A stretch of 49,472 nt of DNA from Eubacteriales bacterium (GCA_045587665.1 JAZNCT010000073.1:1-49472); one strand, 5' to 3'; shown: positions 35,022-44,579, numbered from the stretch's first letter. Notes: generated by a model from the letters alone, not told the origin. Numbers and translations are program-made.

Positions 35022-35300
35022 TCAGTCAGCGTAAACACTAACCTGCTTCTTAGCCTTTGTCTTCTGCTCAAACTTAACCTTACCGTCTATAAGAGCAAAG
35101 AGAGTGTCATCCTTGCCGATACCAACATTGTTACCGGGATGAACTGCTGTTCCTCTCTGTCTGATAATGATGTTGCCTGCCTTAACGGGCTGACCGTCGG
35201 ACTTCTTAACACCAAGTCTCTTGGATTCGCTGTCACGACCGTTCTTTGTAGAACCAACACCCTTTTTATGAGCAAAGAACTGTAAACTGAGTCTTAACAT
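35022..35300 (-). CDS. rpmA: 50S ribosomal protein L27 with Prp-cleaved N-terminal extension
   Basis: [37 protein letters not shown]. Confidence 0.98.
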   Translation of the reverse strand: MLRLSLQFFAHKKGVGSTKNGRDSESKRLGVKKSDGQPVKAGNIIIRQRGTAVHPGNNVGIGKDDTLFALIDGKVKFEQKTKAKKQVSVYAD

Positions 35301-35356
35301 TATTTCTACCTCCATAATTTTTGGTTGCGGCCTTGCCGCTCCTTCAGAAAAACGAA

Positions 35357-35716
35357 TTACTGATAGTCAATATCCTTGACCGTTACATCGAGAAAATCGT
35401 AATACTCCTCAAGCATATCATTAAGCTGATAATAATAAGCCGTAAAAATGCCCGAAACCGCATAACGCTTGCGTTCATCATCCTCAAACTGAGGAAGAGC
35501 CGCACGGCACCTGACACGAATATCGGTGGTCTTTTCGTCGATCTCATATTCAACGTCCGACGCATAAGCAATTTCAATAGAGTTGATTATAAGCATAGTC
35601 ATAGCCGAAAGCGCGGCGCAGAGAATGTCATTCCCTTCTTCGCCAAAGCCGGTATGCCCCTGTTCTTCAAAGCCGTAGAAAACTCCGCCGCTTCGATAAA
35701 AAACGATTTTCGTCAT
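35357..35716 (-). CDS. prp: Ribosomal-processing cysteine protease Prp
   Basis: GHTGF...DILCAALSA catalytic His/Cys; lies between rplU and rpmA. Confidence 0.93.
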   Translation of the reverse strand: MTKIVFYRSGGVFYGFEEQGHTGFGEEGNDILCAALSAMTMLIINSIEIAYASDVEYEIDEKTTDIRVRCRAALPQFEDDERKRYAVSGIFTAYYYQLNDMLEEYYDFLDVTVKDIDYQ

Positions 35717-35725
35717 AGCGCAAAA

Positions 35726-36037
35726 TTAGCCGCAGATCTTTGTGATCTGAACCTTTGTGTAAGGCTGTCTGTGACCAATCTTCTTCTTCTCGTTCTTCTT
35801 TGCCTTGTACTTCATGACGTAGATCTTCTTAGCCTTGCCGTTCTTAACGACACTTGCCTCAACCTTTGCACCCTCAACTGTGGGAGCGCCAACCTTGAAG
35901 TCATCTCCGGTAGATAATGCCATTACTTTGTCAAAAGTAACAGTTTCGCCTTCGTTAACGTCCAGCTTCTCAACGAAAATGATATCGCCCTCGTTAACCT
36001 TGTACTGCTTTCCGCCGGTTTCAATAATTGCAAACAC
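35726..36037 (-). CDS. rplU: 50S ribosomal protein L21
   Basis: (M)[13 protein letters not shown]...GHRQPYTKV; GTG start after AGAGGTG. Confidence 0.98.
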   Translation of the reverse strand: MFAIIETGGKQYKVNEGDIIFVEKLDVNEGETVTFDKVMALSTGDDFKVGAPTVEGAKVEASVVKNGKAKKIYVMKYKAKKNEKKKIGHRQPYTKVQITKICG

Positions 36038-36057
36038 GAAAAGCACCTCTCTTTCTT

Positions 36058-36123
36058 TTTAAGACTCGCTAATGAAGGCGGTGCAAAATTGCACGCTTGA
36101 AAAGCCCCCAAATTATGCGGCAG
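36058..36123 (-). ncRNA. L21 leader (ribosomal protein leader RNA)
   Basis: - strand CTGCCGCA...GGC..GCGTGCAATTTTGCACCGCC...GCGAGTCT in the rplU 5' UTR; CCGCA / GCGAGTC ends are typical of the L21 leader. Confidence 0.7.
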
Positions 36124-36126
36124 ATT

Positions 36127-36155
36127 ATTATAACATTATTTATCTCATTTGTCAA
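36127..36155 (-). promoter_or_regulatory. sigmaA promoter of rplU-prp-rpmA
   Basis: Perfect TTGACA-17-TATAAT, TG-extended. Confidence 0.88.
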
Positions 36156-36213
36156 GGGCTTTTCCAATTATTTTTCCTGTATTTTCAAAATTGTTTTTTC
36201 TGAAAATTCCCTT

Positions 36214-36258
36214 TTCGACAGCTTTCGTCTTGACAGGGGAATTAAAAAAATATATAAT
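36214..36258 (+). promoter_or_regulatory. sigmaA promoter of the ROK gene with upstream Spo0A-like boxes
   Basis: TTGACA(36230)-17-TATAAT(36253); TTCGACA (= TGTCGAA) at 36214-36220 and TTCGTCT at 36224-36230. Confidence 0.65.
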
Positions 36259-36309
36259 TATTAAATGAAAACCAAAAAAATTTAAAAATTAACGGAGAGG
36301 ATATAAAAA

Positions 36310-37341
36310 GTGGCAAAAAACGAGTTTGACAAACTATGTCAAAGCAGTATAAAGAATGAAAACACACTGGCTATTTTCAGAGAGATCTCTGCCTCAGGAG
36401 GCATAAGCCGCGCTGAGATATCACAAAAAACAGGTCTGAGCCTTATGACTGTCGGCAAAGTGGCCGACGCCCTTTCAAAGGAAGGAATAATAAGGCAGGC
36501 AAAGCCCGCAACGGGAAGCGCCGGCAGAAGAGCCGGCATGCTTACAGTATCTGACGGTTATTTTATCCTTGCGATCGATATATCAAGTATGCAGTTCAGA
36601 GCGTCCATAATGGATCTGGCATTAAATCAAACCGATTCGATGATCTATCCATATAATGACAGTCTTTTCCCTGAGGACAATCTGATAATATTTTTCAGAG
36701 ACACCGGTTCTCTGCTGATGAAGCATTTGATGTCAAAAAAGCTCGTTGGAACAGGTATATGCGTTTGCGGTGATTATGATGAAGAAAGCGACACAGTTAT
36801 CTCGCCTGCCCCAAAGCACCTTCAAGGAATTAAAATATCCGACACAATGAAACGCTCTATAGGCTTCTCACCGAATAAAATAATGAACAGCGTTACCGCC
36901 GCGGCATTTTCCTGCATTTCAGAGCTTGGGGCGGATATGACAGGGTGTGCGATAAATCTGAGCATTGATCAAAGCCCCCGCGGCTGTGTAATTTTTGGCG
37001 GCAAGGTGCTTCAGCGTCCGTCGCATTTCGAAGACCTGTGCTGTAAAAACGGAAAGACGGTTGCCGAAAATCTTTCCGACAGATCCCAATTTGCCGAAGA
37101 AGAACAATTAGCTGCTCACATCGGTTCCGCTCTGCGTCCCCTTGTTTCTGTTCTCTGTCCGGATTCTGTTTTTGTAAGCAGCACCGAGCACCGTTTTTCG
37201 GAGTGGTTTTCTCAATTCCTTGAAAAAGAGCTTTGCACAAAGGATTGCTCACCAAAGCTGGTTTTTGAAAACAGTCAAAAGTCCCGAATCGACATGGGTA
37301 TTTCAGAGCTGATACTAAACCAGATGATAAAAGAACTTTGA
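36310..37341 (+). CDS. ROK family transcriptional regulator (divergent sugar-binding domain)
   Basis: ISRAEISQKTGLSLMTV HTH, SAGRRA wing, ILAIDIS, GTGICVCG. Confidence 0.85.
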   Translation: MAKNEFDKLCQSSIKNENTLAIFREISASGGISRAEISQKTGLSLMTVGKVADALSKEGIIRQAKPATGSAGRRAGMLTVSDGYFILAIDISSMQFRASIMDLALNQTDSMIYPYNDSLFPEDNLIIFFRDTGSLLMKHLMSKKLVGTGICVCGDYDEESDTVISPAPKHLQGIKISDTMKRSIGFSPNKIMNSVTAAAFSCISELGADMTGCAINLSIDQSPRGCVIFGGKVLQRPSHFEDLCCKNGKTVAENLSDRSQFAEEEQLAAHIGSALRPLVSVLCPDSVFVSSTEHRFSEWFSQFLEKELCTKDCSPKLVFENSQKSRIDMGISELILNQMIKEL

Positions 37342-37429
37342 TTTCACATATATACCATTTGCGCCGATATTTTTCATGGGTAAAAAAGCTCTCGCACATC
37401 CAAAATAAATAAAAAAAGGATGCGCAACA

Positions 37430-38665
37430 ATGACAAAAAGCTTTATAAATATAAAAACAGCCTGCTTTCTCTTTGCATTTGCCGCAGTGGGAGCAGGCTT
37501 TGCTTTTAAGGCCCATTTACTTGAAAGATCTCTTGCCGAAACCAGAAGGTCCTATGACAATCTGACTTTAAGCGAGTGTGCAGAAAGCCTTGAATTGCTC
37601 CGCGAAAGTCTTTCGGAGCTTTTAGAAAAATCAAACGGAGATCTGTCCTCCGCTCTGTCAGATGTACGCCTTGCGGCAGAGCTTGCCAAAAACTCGGCAG
37701 GATACATTGGATTTTCAAACGCAGGAGGAGAGGAGCTTTTTTCCTTTCTGACCTGCGTTTCGCTCCTGTCCGAAAATGCGCTGAAGCTGGGAATAAGGAA
37801 TGAAGCCACCACAGAGCCGGAAAGTATTTTTTCAACCGATATACCACCAAGCATCTCTCATTTTCAAATACTTTACACCTATGCTTCAGATATGATAAAT
37901 GATGCGCTGCCACATCTTGTGGAGGACCAAGAGGAGTTTGAGGAAAGGCTATCCGCTATCTTTTCAGACACCCTGCTTGAAACTATTCTATATGAAAGCG
38001 GATACGGCACAAATGCCCCTTCAAGCGGTTTTGGCACTATTGGGGGAGATATGATCAAAGAAAAGGACGCAAAGGCCCTGGCAAGAAAGCATTTAGGTAA
38101 AAACGCATACATTGATGTATGTCTCACGGGGAGTGCGTTTCCCTGTTATAATGTTTCGGGCAGAAATATTTCGGCTGTTATAAGTGCAAAAAGCGGCATA
38201 CTTTTGCAGTTCCTATTTGACAAACAGGAGGATGAAATAAATTTCGACAGTGAAAGTGCAAGGGGGCTCTCCGATAAGTTTATGAGCGAAACAGGCTTTT
38301 CGCCGCCGGATATGGAGTGTGACTATCTGGGGATCTCTTCAGGACTTCATATTTTCAGATATACGCCAATAACAAAAAACAAAATTCTCTGTCTCAGCGA
38401 AAGCATAAAAGTAGGCGTTTCGGGCGGCAGCGGAAGGATATGTCTTTATGATGCCACAGACTACTATAAATACCGTGTCAAATCGCAGTCCATTCCCCAA
38501 AACATCCTTTCCTATGAGGATATAACCGCAAAGTACCCCTCATCTTCGCCTGTTCTCTGCAAAGTTGAAAGAACAGAAGGCATAGAGAGCCTTTGCTACA
38601 GAATAGAAGCAGACGGCAAAGAACTTTTCATCAGTGCCGTTTCGGGAATGAGAGTGGATATTTAA
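37430..38665 (+). CDS. YpeB-like germination protein (PepSY repeats), divergent
   Basis: N-terminal TM plus helical region; ESIKVGVS...GRICLYDATDY and ESLCYRI...FISAVSG match YpeB C-terminal PepSY segments. Confidence 0.68.
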   Translation: MTKSFINIKTACFLFAFAAVGAGFAFKAHLLERSLAETRRSYDNLTLSECAESLELLRESLSELLEKSNGDLSSALSDVRLAAELAKNSAGYIGFSNAGGEELFSFLTCVSLLSENALKLGIRNEATTEPESIFSTDIPPSISHFQILYTYASDMINDALPHLVEDQEEFEERLSAIFSDTLLETILYESGYGTNAPSSGFGTIGGDMIKEKDAKALARKHLGKNAYIDVCLTGSAFPCYNVSGRNISAVISAKSGILLQFLFDKQEDEINFDSESARGLSDKFMSETGFSPPDMECDYLGISSGLHIFRYTPITKNKILCLSESIKVGVSGGSGRICLYDATDYYKYRVKSQSIPQNILSYEDITAKYPSSSPVLCKVERTEGIESLCYRIEADGKELFISAVSGMRVDI

Positions 38666-38674
38666 ACAAAGCTA

Positions 38675-38703
38675 TTGCATTTTAAGAGAAATGGGAGTAT
38701 AAT
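38675..38703 (+). promoter_or_regulatory. sigmaA promoter of the COG0523 pair
   Basis: TTGCAT-17-TATAAT. Confidence 0.65.
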
Positions 38704-38734
38704 AGATTATCAAAATTTATTCAGGAGCACGGCA

Positions 38735-39730
38735 ATGACAAAGATAGATATTTTTTCCGGCTTTCTCGGCGCAGGAAAAACCACTCTCATTAAAAAGCTT
38801 ATAAAAGAAGCTTACAGCGGCGAAAAGCTGGTACTCATTGAAAACGAATTTGGAGAAATAGGCATAGACGGCGGCTTTATGCGTGATGCGGGAATAGAAG
38901 TTACCGAGATGAATTCAGGCTGTATATGCTGTTCGCTTGTAGGCGACTTCGGCATAGCACTGAAAAAGGTCATCACAGAATTTCATCCCGACAGAATACT
39001 CATCGAGCCTTCCGGCGTCGGAAAGCTCAGCGACGTTATAAAAGCCGTTAAAAGCATTGACGAGGATGATGCAATGCTTTGCGGCACCGTCACCGTTGCA
39101 GATGTCGGCAAATGCAAAATGTATCTTAAAAACTTTGGCGAATTTTTTGGCGATCAGATAGAAAACGCAACCTGCATCGTGCTCAGCAGAACCGGCTCAG
39201 CAAAGGAAGAAAAGATTGCCGGAACAGTTAAACTGCTGAGAGAGCACAACCCTGATGCTATCATCATCACAACAGATTGGGATAAGCTTGACGGTGGTCA
39301 GATCCTTGATGCAATGGAGCAGAAAACTTCTCTTGAAGGCGAGCTTAAAAAGCTGAAGCACGAGCATCATTATGAACAGGAGCATCACCACGACCACGGA
39401 GAGCACTGTGATTGCGGATGTCACGATCATAATCACGAGCATCACCACCACGCCGATGATGTGTTTGCAAGCTGGGGCGTTGAGACAACAAAGAGATTTA
39501 CTTTGGACGAGATAAGTGCAATTCTTGAGGGCTTTTCAGAAGGCACCGAATGTGGTATGGTGCTTCGAGCAAAGGGTATAGTTGAAGCAGCAGACGGAGG
39601 CTGGATACATTTTGACTATGTTCCCGGCGAGCAGAATGTGAGAAGCGGCTCTGCAGATATAATCGGTCGTCTTTGCGTTATCGGCGCAGACCTTAAAGAG
39701 AACGCTTTAGCTGAAAAATTTGGAGTTTGA
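38735..39730 (+). CDS. COG0523/CobW family G3E metallochaperone GTPase with His-rich insert
   Basis: SGFLGAGKTT, ENEFGE, GCICCS, IEPSGVG, HEHH...HCDCGCHDHNHEHHHH, LRAKG. Confidence 0.93.
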   Translation: MTKIDIFSGFLGAGKTTLIKKLIKEAYSGEKLVLIENEFGEIGIDGGFMRDAGIEVTEMNSGCICCSLVGDFGIALKKVITEFHPDRILIEPSGVGKLSDVIKAVKSIDEDDAMLCGTVTVADVGKCKMYLKNFGEFFGDQIENATCIVLSRTGSAKEEKIAGTVKLLREHNPDAIIITTDWDKLDGGQILDAMEQKTSLEGELKKLKHEHHYEQEHHHDHGEHCDCGCHDHNHEHHHHADDVFASWGVETTKRFTLDEISAILEGFSEGTECGMVLRAKGIVEAADGGWIHFDYVPGEQNVRSGSADIIGRLCVIGADLKENALAEKFGV

Positions 39731-39731
39731 T

Positions 39732-40685
39732 ATGGCAAGAGACATGATTCCCGTATACCTTTTCACAGGATTTCTTGAATCCGGAAAAACAAGATTCATT
39801 CAAGAGTCTATGGAAGACAAAAAATTCAATTCAGGCGATAAGACCTTGCTCCTTGTTTGCGAAGAGGGTGTCGAAGAATATGACCCCACACGGTTTTGGG
39901 GACAAAATGTGTATTTTGCACAGATAGAGGACGAAGAAGAGCTGACACGTCAAAATCTCAGCCGAATAGCAAGCCAGCATATGCTTGATAGGATAGTTCT
40001 TGAATATAACGGTATGTGGCAGCTGAAGGATTTTTACGCCGCAATGCCAGAAAACTGGGCTATCTATCAGCAAATGTTTTTTGTCGATTCAAACACCTTT
40101 TTAACCTACAATGCAAATATGCGTTCTCTTGTAGTAGACAAGCTAAATGATGCGGAGCTGGTTATATTCAACCGCGCCGACAGTCCAAATGTGAATAAAG
40201 ATGAATTTCATAAGATAGTTCGAGGCATTAGCCGGGGGGCTACCATAATATATGATTATCCTGGCGGAGAAGTGGAATATGACGAGATCGAAGATCCCCT
40301 CCCTTTTGACAAAGAAGCACCTATTATAGAAATAGGTGACGACGATTATGCTCTTTGGTATAGAGATCTTTCGGAGGATCTTGAGTTTTACATCGGTAAA
40401 ACCGTCAAATTCAAGGGTATGGTTGCAAGGAATCCTGCTCTTTCTCCAAATATGTTTGTTATCGGAAGACCTATCATGACCTGTTGTGCTGACGATATCG
40501 CATACAGCGGTCTTGTTTGCCGGCTTCCCTATCCAAGCTCACTTAAAGACGGAGAGTGGGTAAGTGTAACAGCGAAGATCAGCTTTGAAAAATGTGTGCT
40601 TTACGAGAGAAAAGGCCCGGTACTCAGTGCCACAGGAACTTCTTTTGCAGTAAAGCCCGAAAAAGAGGTTGCCACATTCTATTAA
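39732..40685 (+). CDS. Degenerate CobW-like GTPase fused to a TIGR03943/YcgQ-like C-terminal domain
   Basis: VYLFTGFLESGKT, CEEG, EYNGMW, FNR; C-terminal YIGKTVKFKG..GRPIMTCCADD. Confidence 0.78.
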   Translation: MARDMIPVYLFTGFLESGKTRFIQESMEDKKFNSGDKTLLLVCEEGVEEYDPTRFWGQNVYFAQIEDEEELTRQNLSRIASQHMLDRIVLEYNGMWQLKDFYAAMPENWAIYQQMFFVDSNTFLTYNANMRSLVVDKLNDAELVIFNRADSPNVNKDEFHKIVRGISRGATIIYDYPGGEVEYDEIEDPLPFDKEAPIIEIGDDDYALWYRDLSEDLEFYIGKTVKFKGMVARNPALSPNMFVIGRPIMTCCADDIAYSGLVCRLPYPSSLKDGEWVSVTAKISFEKCVLYERKGPVLSATGTSFAVKPEKEVATFY

Positions 40686-40727
40686 AAAGATCCCAATTAT
40701 CTTCGTCAGATAATTGGGATCTTTTTA
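40683..40727. terminator. Bidirectional terminator
   Basis: TAAAAAGATCCCAATTATCT-TCGTC-AGATAATTGGGATCTTTTTA. Confidence 0.88.
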
Positions 40728-42140
40728 TTATATAGTTTCAACCTTAATAAGGCTGGTGTTTCCCGAATCGCCGTTTGTAACACCGCCAGTGATAAGAATA
40801 TTGTCACCGCTCTCAAGAGAAAAAGCAGATTTTGCTATCTTCTTTGCTGTATAAAAAAGCACATCGGTTGAGTTGAATTCCTCGGCCATCATAGGCATAA
40901 CTCCCCAGGAAAGGGCAAGCTTTCGCCATGTGATCTCATTTGTGGTAAGACCTATGATATCAACAGGACTGCGGAATCGGGATACCATTCTTGCAGTAAC
41001 TCCTGTCCTTGTGCACACAACTATTGCCTTTGCACCGATATCTATAGACATTCCGCAGGTGGAATGAGAAAGTGCGTCAACCGTATTCTTTATCTTAAAT
41101 TCGTTTGTGTGAAATCTCTTTGCATAGTGTATTGATTTTTCGGTCTGCTCAGCTATCTTGGACATAGTTTGAACAGTCAGCACAGGATATTTTCCTGCCG
41201 CAGTCTCTCCCGAAAGCATTATTGCACTCGTCCCGTCATAAACCGCATTTGCAACATCGCTTATCTCCGCTCTTGTGGGTCTCGGATTGCTTATCATGCT
41301 CTCAAGCATTTCTGTTGCGGTTATCACTCTCTTGCCTAGCATACGGCAGGTGGTGATAAGATGCTTTTGGATAGCAGGAAGCTCTTCAAAGGGGATCTCA
41401 ACGCCCATATCACCTCTGCCTATCATAATGCCATCACATTCACAGCAGATAGACTCTATGTTGTCAACACCTGACTGATTTTCAATTTTTGCAATTATAT
41501 CAGCCTGAGATCCGCCGATCTCGGCAATATAGTTTTTAACGTCGATAAGGTCCTGTGCGCAGGAGACAAATGAGCAAGCAATAAAATCCACTCCGTTTCT
41601 TACGCCAAACTCGATATCCGCCTTATCCTGCTCGCTAAGATACTTTTGTTGAAGAACCTTGTTGGGGAAGCTCATACTCTTTCGGTTTGAAACTTCGCCC
41701 CCGATAAGGACACGGCAAACTGCCTCATTGTCCTTCAGCTCTGTCACCTCAAAGTGAACAAGCCCGTTGCAAAGCAATATTTTGTCGCCGACTTCAAGAT
41801 CATTTATCATCCCCTTGTAGCTAACGGAAACTCTTTCCTCGTTTCCAACGATATCATCTGTTGTAAAGGTAAATATATCGCCGTCAGAAAGAGATATTTT
41901 TCCATTTTCAAAGGTGCCGATCCTATATTCGGGGCCTTTGGTGTCAAGAAGTATGGCAACCGGAAGGCTGAGCTTTGCTCTTGCGCTTTTAATAATATTT
42001 ATCTTTTTCAAATGGTCCTCGCGAGAGCCGTGTGAAAAATTCAAACGGGCAACATTCATACCCGCAAGGCACATTTCCGTTATAGTTTTTTCGTCCTCAC
42101 AAGCAGGACCAATAGTACAAACAATTTTAGTTTTTCTCAT
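40728..42140 (-). CDS. pyk: Pyruvate kinase
   Basis: MRKTKIVCTIGPA, ARLNFSHG, LLDTKGPE, AKIEN, RPTRAEISDVANA, MLSGETA. Confidence 0.98.
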   Translation of the reverse strand: MRKTKIVCTIGPACEDEKTITEMCLAGMNVARLNFSHGSREDHLKKINIIKSARAKLSLPVAILLDTKGPEYRIGTFENGKISLSDGDIFTFTTDDIVGNEERVSVSYKGMINDLEVGDKILLCNGLVHFEVTELKDNEAVCRVLIGGEVSNRKSMSFPNKVLQQKYLSEQDKADIEFGVRNGVDFIACSFVSCAQDLIDVKNYIAEIGGSQADIIAKIENQSGVDNIESICCECDGIMIGRGDMGVEIPFEELPAIQKHLITTCRMLGKRVITATEMLESMISNPRPTRAEISDVANAVYDGTSAIMLSGETAAGKYPVLTVQTMSKIAEQTEKSIHYAKRFHTNEFKIKNTVDALSHSTCGMSIDIGAKAIVVCTRTGVTARMVSRFRSPVDIIGLTTNEITWRKLALSWGVMPMMAEEFNSTDVLFYTAKKIAKSAFSLESGDNILITGGVTNGDSGNTSLIKVETI

Positions 42141-42281
42141 TAGATTTTAACCTCCGGTATATAAGAGAACAAATTTTCACATATACATTATATCCACAAT
42201 TTTGTCAATGTCAAGGCGGCTAAAAGTATTTTTACATTTTGTCAATCTAATTTTGAAAAATCGTTTATGTAAATGAAAAGA

Positions 42282-42302
42282 GGCAGACGTTTTGCGTCTG
42301 CC
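42282..42302 (-). terminator. Terminator of eda-kdgK
   Basis: GGCAGACG-TTTTG-CGTCTGCC with an A-rich tract on the left. Confidence 0.72.
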
Positions 42303-42319
42303 GCTTATATATTTCAAAC

Positions 42320-43348
42320 TTATCTGACAACTCTTCCCGAGCCGTCGCCGCCTGCCAGCTGCATAACCTCGGCAACAGAAACCTGGTTCATATCGCCTTC
42401 GATAGTGTGCTTGAGACAGCTTGCCGCAACAGCAAACTCGATAGTGGACTGAGGATCCATTTCACTCAGAGTTGCATATATAAGTCCTGCGCCAAAGCTG
42501 TCACCGCCGCCAACACGGTCAACGATATGGATTCTGTAGGAACGGCTGAAATAGTAATCATCGGTTGCCTTATCGTAAAGCATAGCCTTCCAGTCGTTAT
42601 CGTTTGCGGAGATAGAAGAACGAAGGGTGATAGCAACCTTCTTGCATCCAAAGCGGTCGGAGAGCTGTTTTGCAACGCTCTTATAGCCCTCATGGTTCAG
42701 CTTACCGCCTGTAATATCGGTGTCAGCCGCCTTGATACCGAACACATCGCTTGCGTCCTCTTCGTTTGCAATGCAAACATCAACATAGGGCATCAGAGAG
42801 CCCATAACCTGACCTGCCTTTTCTCTTGTCCAGAGCTTTTTGCGGTAGTTAAGGTCACAGCTAATGGTGATTCCCTTTGCCTTTGCCTTCTCACAAGCAA
42901 CCTTGCATATTTCAGCAACATTATCGCCAAGAGCCGGAGTGATTCCTGTGAAATGGAACCAATCGACGCCTTCAAAAATAGCATCCCAATCAAAATCAGC
43001 AACTGTAGCCTGAGAAATTGAAGAGCCGGCGCGGTCATAGATGACCTTGGAAGGTCTCTGGCTTGCGCCCTTCTCAAGGAAGTAGATACCAACTCTGTCA
43101 CCGCCGCGTGCGATGAACTTTGTTTCTACGCCAAACTGACGGAGAGCATTCACGCCTGCCTGACCGATATCGTGAGCAGGGAGCTTTGTAACAAAAGCTG
43201 CCTCCATGCCAAAATTAGCCAGTGAAACTGCAACATTTGCCTCACCGCCGCCGTATGTTGCGCCATAGCTTGTTGCCTGGCTGAAGCGGTAGTAGCCTTC
43301 AGGTGCGAGACGAAGCATGATCTCGCCGAATGTAACTATTCTTTTCAT
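42320..43348 (-). CDS. kdgK: 2-dehydro-3-deoxygluconokinase (PfkB family)
   Basis: VTFGEIMLRL, GGGEANVA, YDRAGS, DLNYRKKLW, DRVGGGDSF; next to eda. Confidence 0.93.
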   Translation of the reverse strand: MKRIVTFGEIMLRLAPEGYYRFSQATSYGATYGGGEANVAVSLANFGMEAAFVTKLPAHDIGQAGVNALRQFGVETKFIARGGDRVGIYFLEKGASQRPSKVIYDRAGSSISQATVADFDWDAIFEGVDWFHFTGITPALGDNVAEICKVACEKAKAKGITISCDLNYRKKLWTREKAGQVMGSLMPYVDVCIANEEDASDVFGIKAADTDITGGKLNHEGYKSVAKQLSDRFGCKKVAITLRSSISANDNDWKAMLYDKATDDYYFSRSYRIHIVDRVGGGDSFGAGLIYATLSEMDPQSTIEFAVAASCLKHTIEGDMNQVSVAEVMQLAGGDGSGRVVR

Positions 43349-43373
43349 TATATTTTCTTCCTTTCGCAATATA

Positions 43374-44333
43374 TTATTTTACCAAATGATAAGCAAATCC
43401 GCCGATCTCGTTCTTGAGATAAACGAACTTCATACTTCCGTCGGGAGCATAAGTAGCTGTTGACATATCAAATTCAAATCCCTTGCGAGAAAGGTGATAA
43501 ACAGCTCTGTCAACATTGCTGGTCTTGATAGCAACATGACCATGGGTGCCCATACCCTTGCTCTTCATGATCTCGATTGAGGAACTTGCAAAGATAGACT
43601 TTGTTCTCTCATCCTTTGCAAAGCCAAATGCCTTCTCAAGTGTCTTTGCGGAAGCATCTGCCTCAGCCTCATCAGCAGAGTTTACACCGAGGTGAACCAC
43701 CTTGAAATCAAGCATTGTTGCAACAGCTTCCTCTGTGAGCTTTCTGATGCCGTCAAAATCGCCTGCCGCGATCATGTCAGCCTTAACCATCCAGCTTCCG
43801 CCGCAAGCAATGATCTTATTGAACGCAAGATAATCCTTTACGTTAGCAGGGCCGATTCCGCCTGTGGGCATAAACTTAACGCCGCCATAGGGAGCAGACA
43901 TAGCCTTGATCATAGCAATGCCGCCGGAGTTTTCAGCCGGGAAAAATTTGACTGTATCAAGGCCGAGAGAAAGAGCCTGCTCGATGCCTGTGGGATTATT
44001 TATACCGGGAACTATAGGGTATCCCTTTTCTACGCAGTGCTTAACAACCTCGGGGTTGAGACCGGGGCTGACGATGAATTTTGCGCCTGCTTCAGCAGCG
44101 ATATCCGCCTGTTCGGGTGTAAGAACAGTGCCTGCACCAACGATCATCTCCGGATAAGCCTCTGCGATAGCTTTGATAGCATCTTTTGCAGCCGCTGTTC
44201 TGAAAGTAACCTCAGCACAAGGGAGACCACCGTCGATAAGAGCCTTTGCAAGAGGGAGCGCATCCTTTGCGTCATCAATTTTAATTACGGGAACAATACC
44301 TATAAGGGAGAGTTCTTCTAAAACCTTGTTCAT
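43374..44333 (-). CDS. eda: KDPG/KHG aldolase with extra C-terminal domain
   Basis: EVTFRT, GAGTVL, FIVSPG, KFFPAE, MPTGGI, GGSWM; ~110-aa C-terminal extension. Confidence 0.93.
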   Translation of the reverse strand: MNKVLEELSLIGIVPVIKIDDAKDALPLAKALIDGGLPCAEVTFRTAAAKDAIKAIAEAYPEMIVGAGTVLTPEQADIAAEAGAKFIVSPGLNPEVVKHCVEKGYPIVPGINNPTGIEQALSLGLDTVKFFPAENSGGIAMIKAMSAPYGGVKFMPTGGIGPANVKDYLAFNKIIACGGSWMVKADMIAAGDFDGIRKLTEEAVATMLDFKVVHLGVNSADEAEADASAKTLEKAFGFAKDERTKSIFASSSIEIMKSKGMGTHGHVAIKTSNVDRAVYHLSRKGFEFDMSTATYAPDGSMKFVYLKNEIGGFAYHLVK

Positions 44334-44390
44334 TTTATTCTCCTTGCTTGTTATAGCACAGGTCGAACCTGCACATTATTTTACATTATG

Positions 44391-44418
44391 ATTATATCAC
44401 TTTTCTGAGGATTGTCAA
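44391..44418 (-). promoter_or_regulatory. sigmaA promoter of eda-kdgK
   Basis: TTGACA-16-TATAAT, TG-extended. Confidence 0.75.
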
Positions 44419-44550
44419 TAAAATAAAGACAATATAACAATTTTAGCACAAATTTGCATAATATTGTATCATTTTTGCAATATGATCTGTGTATTTCCTT
44501 GCATAAACAGCTAAATAGCAATTTTTGTCCGAAAATTGCCTATTTATGAC

Positions 44551-44579
44551 TTGATAGTTAGCATAATTTGTCTTATAAT
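44551..44579 (+). promoter_or_regulatory. sigmaA promoter of the Gfo/Idh/MocA gene
   Basis: TTGATA-17-TATAAT. Confidence 0.7.

Noticed and set aside
35022-36123. L27 N-terminal extension, prp gene and L21 leader
   Set aside because: A well-described Firmicute arrangement; annotated as features, not novel.
39359-39451. CAC/CAT-rich repetitive stretch
   Set aside because: It encodes the His-rich insert normal for COG0523 proteins; not a DNA repeat or array.
44356-44374. GCAGGTTCGACCTG on the - strand resembling a tRNA T-arm or att site
   Set aside because: The loop is too short, there is no cloverleaf and no integrase nearby. It is better explained as a small 5' UTR hairpin of eda.
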